64,000 nucleotides of DNA from Dehalococcoidia bacterium (GCA_965207225.1 CBDBLV010000002.1:352001-416000); one strand, 5' to 3'; positions 10,689 through 19,672 are shown, counted from the stretch's first letter. A program made the numbers and translations. The notes: generated from the letters alone by a model not told the origin.

Positions 10689-11105
10689 ATGCAGCCATCG
10701 GAACAGATCGAGGAATTTCTGAAGAAGGTGCAGGTGGGCGTCCTGTCGACCGTAGATTCGAAGGGGAGACCTCACTCAATCCCCATGTGGTGCCTGTACG
10801 AAGACGGCGAGTTCGTGATGAGCACGGGCATCGGGTCACAGAAGCACAAGAACGTACAGAACAACGAGAACGTGATGCTGGTGTTCGACCAGAGAGAGAC
10901 CCCGTATTACGCGGTGATGGTGAGAGGGATAGCGAGGGTAGAGACAGCACATAACACGGAGATCATCCAACGAATCGCACGCGCGTACCTGGGACAGGAA
11001 GGGGCCGACAGCTACCTGTCGGGGCGGGACTATGGCACGGAATCGGCGACGATACGGGTGACGCCTACCAGGTTCATCGAATACCACGGTCTGAGCGGCA
11101 GATAA
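10689..11105 (+). CDS. Pyridoxamine-5'-phosphate oxidase-like (PPOX-class, probably F420-binding) protein
   Basis: GVLSTVDSKGRPHSIPMW, SQKHKNVQNN, VMVRG.A, IRVTP split-barrel pattern; 138 aa. Confidence 0.8.
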   Translation: MQPSEQIEEFLKKVQVGVLSTVDSKGRPHSIPMWCLYEDGEFVMSTGIGSQKHKNVQNNENVMLVFDQRETPYYAVMVRGIARVETAHNTEIIQRIARAYLGQEGADSYLSGRDYGTESATIRVTPTRFIEYHGLSGR

Positions 11106-11145
11106 AGCACCCGACCGAGTCCTCAGAAAACCGGGAGGCGTCCAG

Positions 11146-12759
11146 ATGGACCTAGTATTCCTCGGCGGAAACGTGATGACCATGGACCGGGCCGCGACGC
11201 GGGCCGAGGCCCTCGCGGTCAGGGATGGGAAGATAGCAGCGGTCGGGGCGACGGCGGAGGTCTCGGGCATGGTGTCGGAGGGGACGGAGATAATACCGCT
11301 CGCGGGGCGGATGCTGATCCCGGGATTCGTCGACCCGCACAATCATTTCTCGGCGACGGTGTTCGACCCGGTGTCGGTAGACTGCTGGACGCCTCCTCAC
11401 GGAAGCATCACGGGAATCAAGGATGCGATAGCCCGGGCGGCGGGGGCTGCGCTGCCGGGCCAGTGGATTTTCGGGTGGGGGTTCGATGGCGACTACGTCA
11501 GTGAGGGGCGAAACCTGACGAGTCGGGACCTTGATGATGCGGCACCCGACAACCCCGTCTGCATCATGGACGGGTCTCATCACAGCTGCTATGCCAACTC
11601 GATGGCGATGGAGTTGGGTGGGATAGATGCCAACATGCCCGACCCTCGGGGTGGCGAGATTCTGAAGGATGGACAGGGAAGGCCGTCGGGGGAGCTGTGG
11701 GAGCGAGCGATGGACCCTGTCCACTCACTGTGCCTGAAAGACCACGTGGACCGTCACGGGGAGAGAGGGGCCGAGTTCGTGTATCGGAACTCGATGAAGC
11801 ACCTGTCGGTGGGGATTACGTCGGTCGGGGAGGCGCTGGTCACGCCCGACGCGGCCCGCCTTTACAAGACGGCCGATGAACAGGGCAAGATTCCCATAGC
11901 TCTCCGGCAGCAGTTGGGCGGACTTACCTTCTTCAAAGCGCCCGAGGAGGCGTCCAGGGGCGAGTTGGGGATAGAGGACACGTCGGACAGGCTGCGGGGC
12001 GGAACGTTGAAGATGTTCATGGACCCGGTGTTTCCAGATGCAGCGAACTTCAAATGCCACGATAACGGAGAGATGGAGCGAGTCGGGACGATCTACTACT
12101 CGCAGGAGGAGGCAGACGAACTGGTGGTTTCGGCGCACAAGCTGGGGATGCAGGTAATCATCCACTGTCTCGGGCCCTGGGCAATCGAGCAGGCGTTGAA
12201 CTCATTCGAGCGGGCGCTCAGGGAGAAACCGGTCTCCGATCCGCGCTTTCGGATCGAGCACTTCACCATGCCGACCCGGGAGCAGATAGAGAGAGCCAAA
12301 GCCCTGGACGTGATAGCCTCGGTGCAGCCTCCATTTATCTACACGTGGGCCGACAGGCAGGCCGTCCGCGCCAAGGAGCTGGGCCGGACGTTCGGGATTG
12401 AGCCGTACCGAAGCATGATAGATGCCGGGCTGACGGTGGCGGGAGGGTCGGACAACCCGTGTGCGCCCCTGGACCCGCTTATCGGGATACGGGCTGCGGT
12501 GAATAGAGTGGCTCGCAAGACAGGTGAAGCCGTATCGACCGAGGAAGCCGTAACGCCGATGGAAGCGCTGCGGATGTACACGATAAACGGGGCAGTGGCG
12601 CTGAGGAGGGAGTCAGAGGTGGGGTCTCTGGAGGTGGGAAAACGGGCCGACATGGTGGTGCTGGGGCACGACCCCACGCAGGCGAACCCGGACTTCATTA
12701 CGGACATAGCCGTGGAACGCACCTACGTTGACGGCAAGTGTCTTTACAGCAGGTACTAG
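11146..12759 (+). CDS. Amidohydrolase (YtcJ-like, Amidohydro_3)
   Basis: AEALAVRDGKIAAVG, PGFVDPHNH, HCLG, RFRIEH, GGSDNPC, YTINGA, GSLEVGKRADMVVL. Confidence 0.88.
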   Translation: MDLVFLGGNVMTMDRAATRAEALAVRDGKIAAVGATAEVSGMVSEGTEIIPLAGRMLIPGFVDPHNHFSATVFDPVSVDCWTPPHGSITGIKDAIARAAGAALPGQWIFGWGFDGDYVSEGRNLTSRDLDDAAPDNPVCIMDGSHHSCYANSMAMELGGIDANMPDPRGGEILKDGQGRPSGELWERAMDPVHSLCLKDHVDRHGERGAEFVYRNSMKHLSVGITSVGEALVTPDAARLYKTADEQGKIPIALRQQLGGLTFFKAPEEASRGELGIEDTSDRLRGGTLKMFMDPVFPDAANFKCHDNGEMERVGTIYYSQEEADELVVSAHKLGMQVIIHCLGPWAIEQALNSFERALREKPVSDPRFRIEHFTMPTREQIERAKALDVIASVQPPFIYTWADRQAVRAKELGRTFGIEPYRSMIDAGLTVAGGSDNPCAPLDPLIGIRAAVNRVARKTGEAVSTEEAVTPMEALRMYTINGAVALRRESEVGSLEVGKRADMVVLGHDPTQANPDFITDIAVERTYVDGKCLYSRY

Positions 12760-12774
12760 AGCAGGCTGGGAAGC

Positions 12775-14352
12775 ATGACTGAAAAGACGGAGTACGACAT
12801 CATAATCGTCGGGGGTGGGCACAATGGGTTAACCGCGGCCGCGTACCTGGCCGAGGCCGGAATCAACGTGCTGGTGCTGGAACGGCGGGACGTGGTGGGT
12901 GGGGCGGCGGTGACCGAGGAGTTGATACCCGGGTTCCGGTTCTCCACGGCCTCGATGTTCCTGGGGATGATGCAGCCGAAAGTCGTTGAAGAACTGAAGC
13001 TGAGGGACTACGGGTACGAACCGTACAGCGTCGATCCGCCTTACACATTCCTGTTCCCGGACAACTCTTATCTTTGCGCCTGGAACGATCCGGACCTGTT
13101 GAGGCAAGAGATCGACAAATTCTCATCGAAGGATGCGGACGCGTTCTTCGAGCAGCAGCGGTTCATGCAGCGGTACATGGAGTATATTCGGCCGTATTTC
13201 CTGAGGAAGCCCCCGACGGTGTCCGAACTGGCTGCCCGGTTCAAGACTCCCGAGGAAGAAGAGGCCTACCGGACCATCATGTATGGGTCGGCGGGGCAGA
13301 TTGCGCTGGACAATTTCGAGTCGGACGCGGTGAGGGTGATGGCCACGGGGCTGGCGGCTTCGGGGAACGACATCTCCCTGTTCAGCAAAGGGAATATGTT
13401 CAAGGCTATGTGGGCGAACATGGCCGAAGCCACAGGGGTGCAGGGGGTATGGGGATTCAGCCGGGGCGGCATGGGGGCAATCACACAGGCGATAGCGGCG
13501 TCGGCGGAGGAGAGGGGGGCGACGATCAGGACGGGTGCGGAGATAGAGGAGATATTGGTAGAGGAGAGTCGGGCGACGGGTGTCGTGCTGACAACGGGAG
13601 AAGTGATCCGGGCGCGGGCGGTGGCCTCGAACGCGGACCCAAAGAGGACTTTCCTGAAGCTGGTACCGGGAGAGAATATCCAGCCCAGCATCAAGCGCGA
13701 CGTGCAGAACCTGAGAATGAGGGGGAGCCTGGCCAAGGTGTTCATCGCACTGAATCAGAGGCCCGAGTGGAAGTGCTTCGAAGGGGAGGATGTCGGGACT
13801 CGGGACCAGGGGTTCATGGGGCTGGTACCTTCGATCGAATTCGTAGAGGAGTCCCGGGTGCAGGCGCTGAAGGGCGAAATGCCGGACAAGATATGGACGT
13901 TCCTGCACGTGCAGTCCCTGACGGACGACTCGCTGGCTCCACCAGGAAAGCACGCCATGACGTGCTACTTCCAGCATGTTCCCTACGAGCTGGCGGAGGG
14001 AAGCTGGGACGATGAGGCTACCAAGCGGGACCTTGCCGACCGGTGCCTGAACCACCTGAGGGACTACATGACCAACCTGGACGACATCATGATCGATTAC
14101 GTGGCGTTCGGGCCCCGGGACATAGAGGACCGGTTCTACCTGACCGAGGCCACGATGCACCACGGGGACATCACGCCCGACCAGATGTTTTCTCTCCGTC
14201 CGTTTGCGGGGTATTCGGACTACCGGACGCCGGTGAAGAACCTGTACCTGTGCGGGTCTGGGGCGTTTCCGGGTGGATCGGTGTCGGGGGCGCCGGGGCA
14301 CAATGCGGCGCAGGAGATCATCAAGGACTGGAGGGAGGGGTTGATAGGGTAG
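12775..14352 (+). CDS. Phytoene dehydrogenase-like FAD-dependent oxidoreductase
   Basis: GGGHNGLTAAAYLA...LERRDVVGGAAVTEE, RGGMGAI, YRTPVKNLYLCGSGAFPGGSVSGAPGHNAA. Confidence 0.88.
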   Translation: MTEKTEYDIIIVGGGHNGLTAAAYLAEAGINVLVLERRDVVGGAAVTEELIPGFRFSTASMFLGMMQPKVVEELKLRDYGYEPYSVDPPYTFLFPDNSYLCAWNDPDLLRQEIDKFSSKDADAFFEQQRFMQRYMEYIRPYFLRKPPTVSELAARFKTPEEEEAYRTIMYGSAGQIALDNFESDAVRVMATGLAASGNDISLFSKGNMFKAMWANMAEATGVQGVWGFSRGGMGAITQAIAASAEERGATIRTGAEIEEILVEESRATGVVLTTGEVIRARAVASNADPKRTFLKLVPGENIQPSIKRDVQNLRMRGSLAKVFIALNQRPEWKCFEGEDVGTRDQGFMGLVPSIEFVEESRVQALKGEMPDKIWTFLHVQSLTDDSLAPPGKHAMTCYFQHVPYELAEGSWDDEATKRDLADRCLNHLRDYMTNLDDIMIDYVAFGPRDIEDRFYLTEATMHHGDITPDQMFSLRPFAGYSDYRTPVKNLYLCGSGAFPGGSVSGAPGHNAAQEIIKDWREGLIG

Positions 14353-14404
14353 GGGGGAGGGGGACGACCCGCCTGTAATCTCTACGAAGCCCCGCCGCCG
14401 TCCT

Positions 14405-14765
14405 AGACGCCCACGAGGGACGCCCCTACGGGGGAGCGTCCATACCTAGGTGAGTTGGGAGACCTGCACCTCCCCTCCCCAGATTCCTCACTGCCGTTCG
14501 GAATGACATGGGCGGCGTTCGGGATGACGGAGGGGCTCAGGGAGGGGGGCGGCCTCGGGCGATGCGGGGTTGGGGAGGTGGGGGTGGTGATGGATGGGCG
14601 GGATGCGGGCCGACCGCCGCTCGCGCTTCGAGGGCCTCAGCACGAGCGGCCCCACCGCCGGAGATGGATTCCCGATCGGGGTCGGGAATGACGGAGATGG
14701 GGGAGGGGAGGGTATCGATGTGGGTGGCGTCCAGGGTACCCACAAGGGGCACCCCTACGGGGGAG
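14405..14765. repeat. Cluster of REP-like palindromic elements
   Basis: Two GTAG-type REPs on the minus strand (GTAGGGGCGTCCCTCGTGGGCGT at ~14407-14430; GTAGGGGTGCCCCTTGTGGGTACCC at ~14734-14760). Also AGATTCCTCACTGCCGTTCGGAATGAC (14481-14507), GCTTCGAGGGCCTCAGCACGAGCGG (~14625-14649) and GGATTCCCGATCGGGGTCGGGAATGACGG (14666-14694). Confidence 0.7.
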
Positions 14766-15892
14766 GGGAGGGTGTCGGCGTCTTCATCGTCATCAGGGTC
14801 TGGGTCATAGTCGTCGTCTTCGTCGTCGGGATTGTCATCATCGGGGTCATAGTCGTCGTCTTCGTCATCGGGGTCTGGGTCCTCGTCTTCGGTGTCGAGG
14901 CCTTTGAGTAAGTCGGGGTTGAGGTAGGCTTCGGCGATGAACTTCTGCATGGCCTCGCTCTCCGCGAGCCTTTGGTTTTCTTCCTGGGGCCAGGGCTCGT
15001 CGGGGTCGATGAGGCCGTAGCGCCAGCGATCCTTCAGGGGGAGGAGCATTCTCCAGGGCCACCATTTGTCTCCGGGCCGGGCCATGCGGACGAGCACGAG
15101 GTCGCGGAAGTCGAGGTCGCCTCTGTCTACGTTGTCCTGGAAGACTTTCTTGATGAGGTTGTCTATTTGCTCTTCGTCGGTGAGCTGCTTGGGGGCCTTG
15201 GCCTGGGCGGTGTAGGCCCGGATGATGAGCCGGAGGCATCGGTTGATCTGGGTGTAGTCGAGGGGGCGCGTGCTCAAGAGGCGGTTGGTCAGGGAACGGA
15301 GGAGGGCGATTTCGCCTTCGATGTCCGGGCTGTCGAGGGACAGCCGGGGCAGGGAAGGGGAAGTGTGGGACAGGGAGCGGCGTCGGTTGGGGCGTCGGCC
15401 CCTGGGCCTTCTACCGCGCCCGACGGGGCGGGAAGTCTTCCGCGGCCTGGAGCCGCGGGCATCCGTGTCCTGGTAGGTAGCCTGGGCACGGGGACTCTTC
15501 CGCGGTGCAGCACCGCAGGCATCCGCTTCTACGCCCGGTGAGGCGGAGCGGGGGTTCTTCCGCGGCCCGGTGCCGCAGGCATCCGCTTCTACGCCCGGTG
15601 AGGCGGAGCGGGGACTCTTCCGCGGCTCAGCACCGCAGGCATCCGCTTCTACGCCCGGTGAGGCGGAGCGGGGACTCTTCCGCGGAGCAGTGCCGCAGGC
15701 ATCCGTGCCCTGGCAGGCAGCCTGGGTACGGGGATTCTTCCGCGGTCTGCGGCCGCGGGCATCCGCGAGGGGGTCGGGCTTGAGGAGACCAACCGCCTCT
15801 TGAGCAGGCGCCCCTTTTTGGGGGCGTCGGGGGCCCGGTTTGGCGGGCCCGCTGTTTGACAAGGTCTTGTTGTGAGTTTTGGGTGTAGACAT
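14537..15892 (-). CDS. Hypothetical protein: basic 20-aa repeats, helical core, Asp-rich tract, REP-derived tail
   Basis: 451-aa ORF with a consensus-like promoter directly upstream. The core DIEGEIALLRSLTNRLL resembles a Dehalococcoidia hypothetical family (recalled, not searched). Confidence 0.6.
   Translation of the reverse strand: MSTPKTHNKTLSNSGPAKPGPRRPQKGAPAQEAVGLLKPDPLADARGRRPRKNPRTQAACQGTDACGTAPRKSPRSASPGVEADACGAEPRKSPRSASPGVEADACGTGPRKNPRSASPGVEADACGAAPRKSPRAQATYQDTDARGSRPRKTSRPVGRGRRPRGRRPNRRRSLSHTSPSLPRLSLDSPDIEGEIALLRSLTNRLLSTRPLDYTQINRCLRLIIRAYTAQAKAPKQLTDEEQIDNLIKKVFQDNVDRGDLDFRDLVLVRMARPGDKWWPWRMLLPLKDRWRYGLIDPDEPWPQEENQRLAESEAMQKFIAEAYLNPDLLKGLDTEDEDPDPDDEDDDYDPDDDNPDDEDDDYDPDPDDDEDADTLPSPVGVPLVGTLDATHIDTLPSPISVIPDPDRESISGGGAARAEALEARAAVGPHPAHPSPPPPPQPRIARGRPPP
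15431..15767. repeat. 60-bp tandem repeat, about 5.6 copies, in frame
   Basis: Units of the form GGGACTCTTCCGCGG....CCGCAGGCATCCG... start at 15431, 15491, 15551, 15611, 15671 and 15731. They encode DACGxxPRK(S/N)PRSASPGVEA-like units. Confidence 0.92.
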
Positions 15893-15906
15893 TAGGTCTG
15901 AACGTT

Positions 15907-15934
15907 AGTATAGAACGTATATGGTAGATGTCAA
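15907..15934 (-). promoter_or_regulatory. Sigma70-type promoter for the 14537-15892 ORF
   Basis: Minus strand TTGACA-16 nt-TATACT, 14 nt before the ATG. Two GAACGT copies (15900, 15913) flank the -10. Confidence 0.65.
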
Positions 15935-16142
15935 GAGGCTTTGGGAGCATTTTGGGGGGATTTTCTCCCCGGTTCCCTGGGGGAACTCTCACCCCCTCCC
16001 GGTTGCCCCGGGAGCAATATGAGTCCCGCCGGTGTTAGGTTGCGGGAGCAAATCGGCGCTGCACTTTCACGGGGAACCCTCACCCCCTTGGTCCCCCTCT
16101 CCCCCGTATCGGGGTACGGGGCAGGCTCTTAGGGCCTGTAAG

Positions 16143-16227
16143 GGAGAGGGGGAGAGAAGAACAGAGGCCCAGGTGCGTGCGCTGCACGCACCTGGGCCTC
16201 TAGTTCAGTACTGGAGGGAGGGGGATG
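16143..16227. repeat. Hairpin cassette copy A (18-bp perfect stem)
   Basis: AGAGGCCCAGGTGCGTGC-gct-GCACGCACCTGGGCCTCT (16163-16201), flanked by GGAGAGGGGGAGA and AGTTCAGTACTGGAGGGA. Confidence 0.8.
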
Positions 16228-16282
16228 CTCCTCCCCGACCCCAGGGATTAATATGAGTCCCACCCGCCCGCCCTGTTTTATT

Positions 16283-16317
16283 GACACATCAAAAATGCGG
16301 TGCATTTTTGATGTGTC
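16283..16317. repeat. AT-rich perfect inverted repeat (16-bp arms)
   Basis: GACACATCAAAAATGC-ggt-GCATTTTTGATGTGTC; overlaps a TTGACA at 16281. Confidence 0.8.
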
Positions 16318-16441
16318 TTTACCAGGGGGGGATGCCAGGGATAGGTGTGCGCGGTTAGGCAGGGGGTGGAGGACTTGGGACAGGATCTAACCCTCTGCCC
16401 TCGAGAAGGCTTTGAATAGCTGGTCTCTTGGCGCTCGTATC

Positions 16442-16480
16442 ACCCTCACCCTAGCCCTCTCCCATCGAGGGAGAGGGGAC
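16442..16480. repeat. CCCTCACCC-type palindromic repeat
   Basis: CCCTCACCCTAGCCCTCTCCC-atcga-GGGAGAGGGGA; a related interrupted copy starts near 16077. Confidence 0.6.
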
Positions 16481-16543
16481 TGGACACCGTCCCGCACTCC
16501 CTTGGATGCCCGATTGGAGGCGGGGATGGCGGAAGGGGGTGGG

Positions 16544-16628
16544 GGAGAGGGGGAGAAAAAACAGAGGGATGCACCTGCGCCAGGGCGCAGGTGCATCCCT
16601 CTAGTTTGGTACTGGAGGGAAGGGGATG
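16544..16628. repeat. Hairpin cassette copy B (18-bp perfect stem)
   Basis: AGAGGGATGCACCTGCGC-cagg-GCGCAGGTGCATCCCTCT (16563-16602), with nearly the same flanks as copy A. Confidence 0.8.
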
Positions 16629-16707
16629 GAGAGGGGTGTGAGCGGCTATGAACGAGGTGGGTTCAGGGAGGGGGTTGGAGATTCATCGCGGGGCATGGGG
16701 ATGACAC

Positions 16708-16740
16708 TAAAGGGGTTGCCGCTAAGCGGCAACCCCTTTA
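16708..16740. terminator. Perfect 15-bp-arm hairpin, probable terminator for the 16798-16992 gene
   Basis: TAAAGGGGTTGCCGC-taa-GCGGCAACCCCTTTA, about 60 bp past the minus-strand stop. Confidence 0.5.
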
Positions 16741-16797
16741 ATTTGGACCGTCGGGTTCGGGCGGCAGGACGTTGACCATGCTTCCAGGCAATCGGGA

Positions 16798-16992
16798 CTA
16801 TGCCGCGGGCCTGAAGTTCTGCATTGCGGTCGGCCTGCCGTGAGCTTTGAGGGTGCGGCGGGAGGTCAAGGCGGCGACCTCGGCCTCGTTAAGGTCCCTA
16901 CTGCACTGGAAACAGGTGATGTAGGAACCGAACAGATCCGTGTCTGAGAACAGATCGCCGCCGCACCAGGGGCAACCCTTTAGCCAGAACAT
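16798..16992 (-). CDS. Small Zn-ribbon protein (64 aa)
   Basis: CPWCGGDLF...ITCFQCS with two CxxC. AGGAGAAGG upstream. Divergent from tRNA-Glu. Confidence 0.75.
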   Translation of the reverse strand: MFWLKGCPWCGGDLFSDTDLFGSYITCFQCSRDLNEAEVAALTSRRTLKAHGRPTAMQNFRPAA

Positions 16993-17211
16993 TTTACCTT
17001 CTCCTACTGAACCGGCCTATTGGACACGCTTTCCCGAGGCCCGTCGGGGCCCGGGAGAATCAGATTTCCTACGCTTTCTATAACGAAGAGAAGGGCGTTT
17101 GGTTCCCTGTGCGCGGGGAGGAGTTTTGGAAATGTCGGGAGGAGGGGTGCGGGAGGGCTCAGGTTGACTAGAATTGGGTGGTTGAATTAGTATCGAAATG
17201 AGGCCACTCGG

Positions 17212-17288
17212 GGCGCATTCGTCTAGCGGCCTAGGACACCGCCCTCTCAAGGCGGAGATCACGGGTTCGAATCCCGTATGCGCTACCA
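17212..17288 (+). tRNA. tRNA-Glu (anticodon CTC)
   Basis: Acceptor GGCGCAT/ATGCGCT, anticodon arm CCGCC-CTCTCAA-GGCGG, T arm ACGGG-TTCGAAT-CCCGT, encoded CCA. Confidence 0.97.
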
Positions 17289-17429
17289 GTCTTTCCTACG
17301 TTTAACTGTATCGTCCACTAATGCCACTTGTAGTTATCACTACTAGTATCTCTATCGTTAAGCTGAATCCTATCGCGAGCGCTACCTCCACCGTAGACAC
17401 GCTTCAGTTTCCACGAAGAGAGCTGACAA

Positions 17430-17783
17430 ATGGTTGAGACCATCACCACGGGGGTCTTGATAGGTGTCATTGCTGCTTTGGTTCTGGGGTTTATCGGATT
17501 CGTCTACAGATACCTCCTCCTCAAGTTGTTCTGGAGGATTTTTGCCCAATTTAAGCGGCACTGCTTCGCGCGGAAACAACGCAAGATTAGGGAACAAAGC
17601 GAGAGGGAGGCGTACCAGAATCAGTGGGTGATTGTGGTCGATGGCCACATGCACATCAATCGGCATCGGGGTTGTGTAACCGAAGGCGAAGAATGTAGGC
17701 CCGCCGACCCTGAAACGATGATACCGCTAGGCGCGTGTAGTGTATGTGGTGGGGATGTTCGGGATCCGATCAAGTCCGGATAA
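17430..17783 (+). CDS. Hypothetical membrane-anchored protein with His/Cys-rich C-terminus
   Basis: N-terminal hydrophobic helix, then HMHINRHRGC...C...CSVC. Lies in a lower-GC patch just after tRNA-Glu. Confidence 0.45.
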   Translation: MVETITTGVLIGVIAALVLGFIGFVYRYLLLKLFWRIFAQFKRHCFARKQRKIREQSEREAYQNQWVIVVDGHMHINRHRGCVTEGEECRPADPETMIPLGACSVCGGDVRDPIKSG

Positions 17784-17835
17784 CTTCCCAAATAGACCAC
17801 AAAAGGTTTCGATTCGAGCCTGACGAAAATACAAG

Positions 17836-18570
17836 GTGAGATTTCTTAGAAACACGCTCGTTAGGGGGACGGTCGCACTGTGCCTTCTTGTGGGTATCGG
17901 GATAGCGGGGTACATGGTGATAGAGGGGTGGTCGCTGCTGGACGCTGCGTACATGACCATCCTGACGTTCACCACGGTGGGCTACGAGGAGGTGCATCCC
18001 CTGTCTACGGGCGGGCGCATTTTTACCATTTTCCTGATGATCGTGGGTGTCGGGGTGATGCTGTACATCCTGACCAGCGTGGTAAATGCGGCGGTGGCGC
18101 ACGAGATTGTGGGCCTGTTGGTCCGAAGGCGAAGATTCAGGAGGCGTATGTCGAAACTAAAGGGACACTACATTATCTGTGGTTACGGGCGAGTCGGGGC
18201 GGCGGTGGCATCGACGCTCCAGGAGAGCTCGACGCTCCTTATCGTGATTGACAAGAGCGCGGAGGCGCTGGCCGAGGCCGAGGAACAGGGCCTCCTGTGC
18301 CTGCAGGGGGATGCGACAAAGGACGCCGATTTGCTGACGGCGCGGGTTACCGAGGCGGCGGGGCTGCTGGCGACTGCTGGAGAGGACAGCGAGAACGTCT
18401 ACATATCCCTGACGGCCCGGGGCCTGAATCCCGATCTTCGCATCGTGGCACGGGCGTCGTACCCGGAGGCGGAGGAGAAGCTGCGTCGGGCGGGGGCGGA
18501 CGAGATTGTCTCACCACCAACTCTTGGGGGGAGGCAGATGGCACTTTCGGCCATCGAGGCTGCCCGCTAA
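17836..18570 (+). CDS. Two-TM potassium channel protein with TrkA-N (RCK) domain
   Basis: DAAYMTILTFTTVGYEEV pore segment, HYIICGYGRVG Rossmann motif, GDAT, ARGLNP, KLRRAGAD. Confidence 0.9.
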   Translation: MRFLRNTLVRGTVALCLLVGIGIAGYMVIEGWSLLDAAYMTILTFTTVGYEEVHPLSTGGRIFTIFLMIVGVGVMLYILTSVVNAAVAHEIVGLLVRRRRFRRRMSKLKGHYIICGYGRVGAAVASTLQESSTLLIVIDKSAEALAEAEEQGLLCLQGDATKDADLLTARVTEAAGLLATAGEDSENVYISLTARGLNPDLRIVARASYPEAEEKLRRAGADEIVSPPTLGGRQMALSAIEAAR

Positions 18571-18644
18571 CGTTCCGTACTTACAGGGGACACCCGGCTG
18601 ACCATAGCGACCAAAGCGCGGGATACGGGGCCTGGACCAAGCTC

Positions 18645-19646
18645 CTAGTCCACGCGCGTGAGGACGTCTTCCCAGACCTGCTGCAGGTATTCGCGTCGGG
18701 CGGAGAGTCCGTCGGGGAGGTTGAGGAAGGTGAAGGCCATGTAACCCGAGCGGGAGTTGTCCCGCTGCTCGGCGATGAATTCTGCACACTCCTCGGGGTT
18801 GCCGACGACGGCCCACTCTTCCAGGTTGCGCAGCTTGTCGAGGCCGAGGTCTACTGCAAGCTTCTCCTGCATGCCCCAGCCGCCGTACAGCTTTGCGGTA
18901 TTCTCGGCGGATTCTCGGGCCTGCCTTATGGCGGTTTCGCGGTCTGCCGCTACGCTGATGCAACGGTGTCCGGCATAGAAACCGTCGGCACTCGGACCAG
19001 ACTGTTCCAGTTCGTCCCAGTAGATTTTGGCGAGGGATTGGTGGTCGGCCCAGCTGACGTAGGGCCCGACGAGGCAAGCGTCGGCGATGCGGGCGGCCCG
19101 GGCGGCGGCCCTCGGGCCCTGGCATGCGAGCCAGATGGGGGGGTGGGGGGTCTGGACGGGGGTAATGCCGACCTGGGCCCCCGTGGCCCTGAAGTAGCGG
19201 CCCCGGTAGGTGACTTCTTCGCCGGACCAGAGAAGCTTCATCAGTTCAATGGACTCGGTGAGCCGGCCAACTCTCTCCTTGCGGTTGGACCCGACGATCT
19301 CCAGTTCCTTCTCCCGGTACCCGAGGCCCAGGCCCAGGATGAATCGTCCATTGCTGATATGGTCCAGGGCTGTCGTCTGCTCGGCGATGTCTACGGGGTT
19401 GTGGAGGGGCATGAGGAGTACACCGGTAATCAGCTTTATGGAGGACGTGGCCGCGGCAAACCTGCCGAGGAGGGGCATGGGGTGGACCCAGCGGCTGGGG
19501 TGGGAGACCCAGTGCTCGGGGGCGTAGCCTCCCCAGAAACCTAACTGTTCTCCGTAGGCGAGCAGCTCTGCAGTCTCTTCGATCTGGTCGTGGACGGGAA
19601 TTACGGGGTCGGCCATGAAGTTACGGAGGTTCAGACCAAATTCCAT
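18645..19646 (-). CDS. LLM-class flavin-dependent oxidoreductase
   Basis: PEHW, PLHNPVDIAEQTTALDHISNGRFILGLGLGYR, PVQTPHPPIW. Confidence 0.88.
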   Translation of the reverse strand: MEFGLNLRNFMADPVIPVHDQIEETAELLAYGEQLGFWGGYAPEHWVSHPSRWVHPMPLLGRFAAATSSIKLITGVLLMPLHNPVDIAEQTTALDHISNGRFILGLGLGYREKELEIVGSNRKERVGRLTESIELMKLLWSGEEVTYRGRYFRATGAQVGITPVQTPHPPIWLACQGPRAAARAARIADACLVGPYVSWADHQSLAKIYWDELEQSGPSADGFYAGHRCISVAADRETAIRQARESAENTAKLYGGWGMQEKLAVDLGLDKLRNLEEWAVVGNPEECAEFIAEQRDNSRSGYMAFTFLNLPDGLSARREYLQQVWEDVLTRVD

Positions 19647-19672
19647 GCTGTCACCTTATGCTCTGTGGGGCG

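Noticed and set aside
15431-15767. 60-bp periodic repeat as a second CRISPR-like array
   Set aside because: Whole units are near-identical with no unique spacers, and they keep frame inside an ORF; this is a coding tandem repeat.
18297-19544. 415-aa plus-strand ORF, and similar long shadow ORFs at 13074, 13123, 23888, 28816, 36389 and 56704
   Set aside because: Alternative-frame or antisense ORFs over well-supported genes, expected in GC-rich DNA; no motifs.
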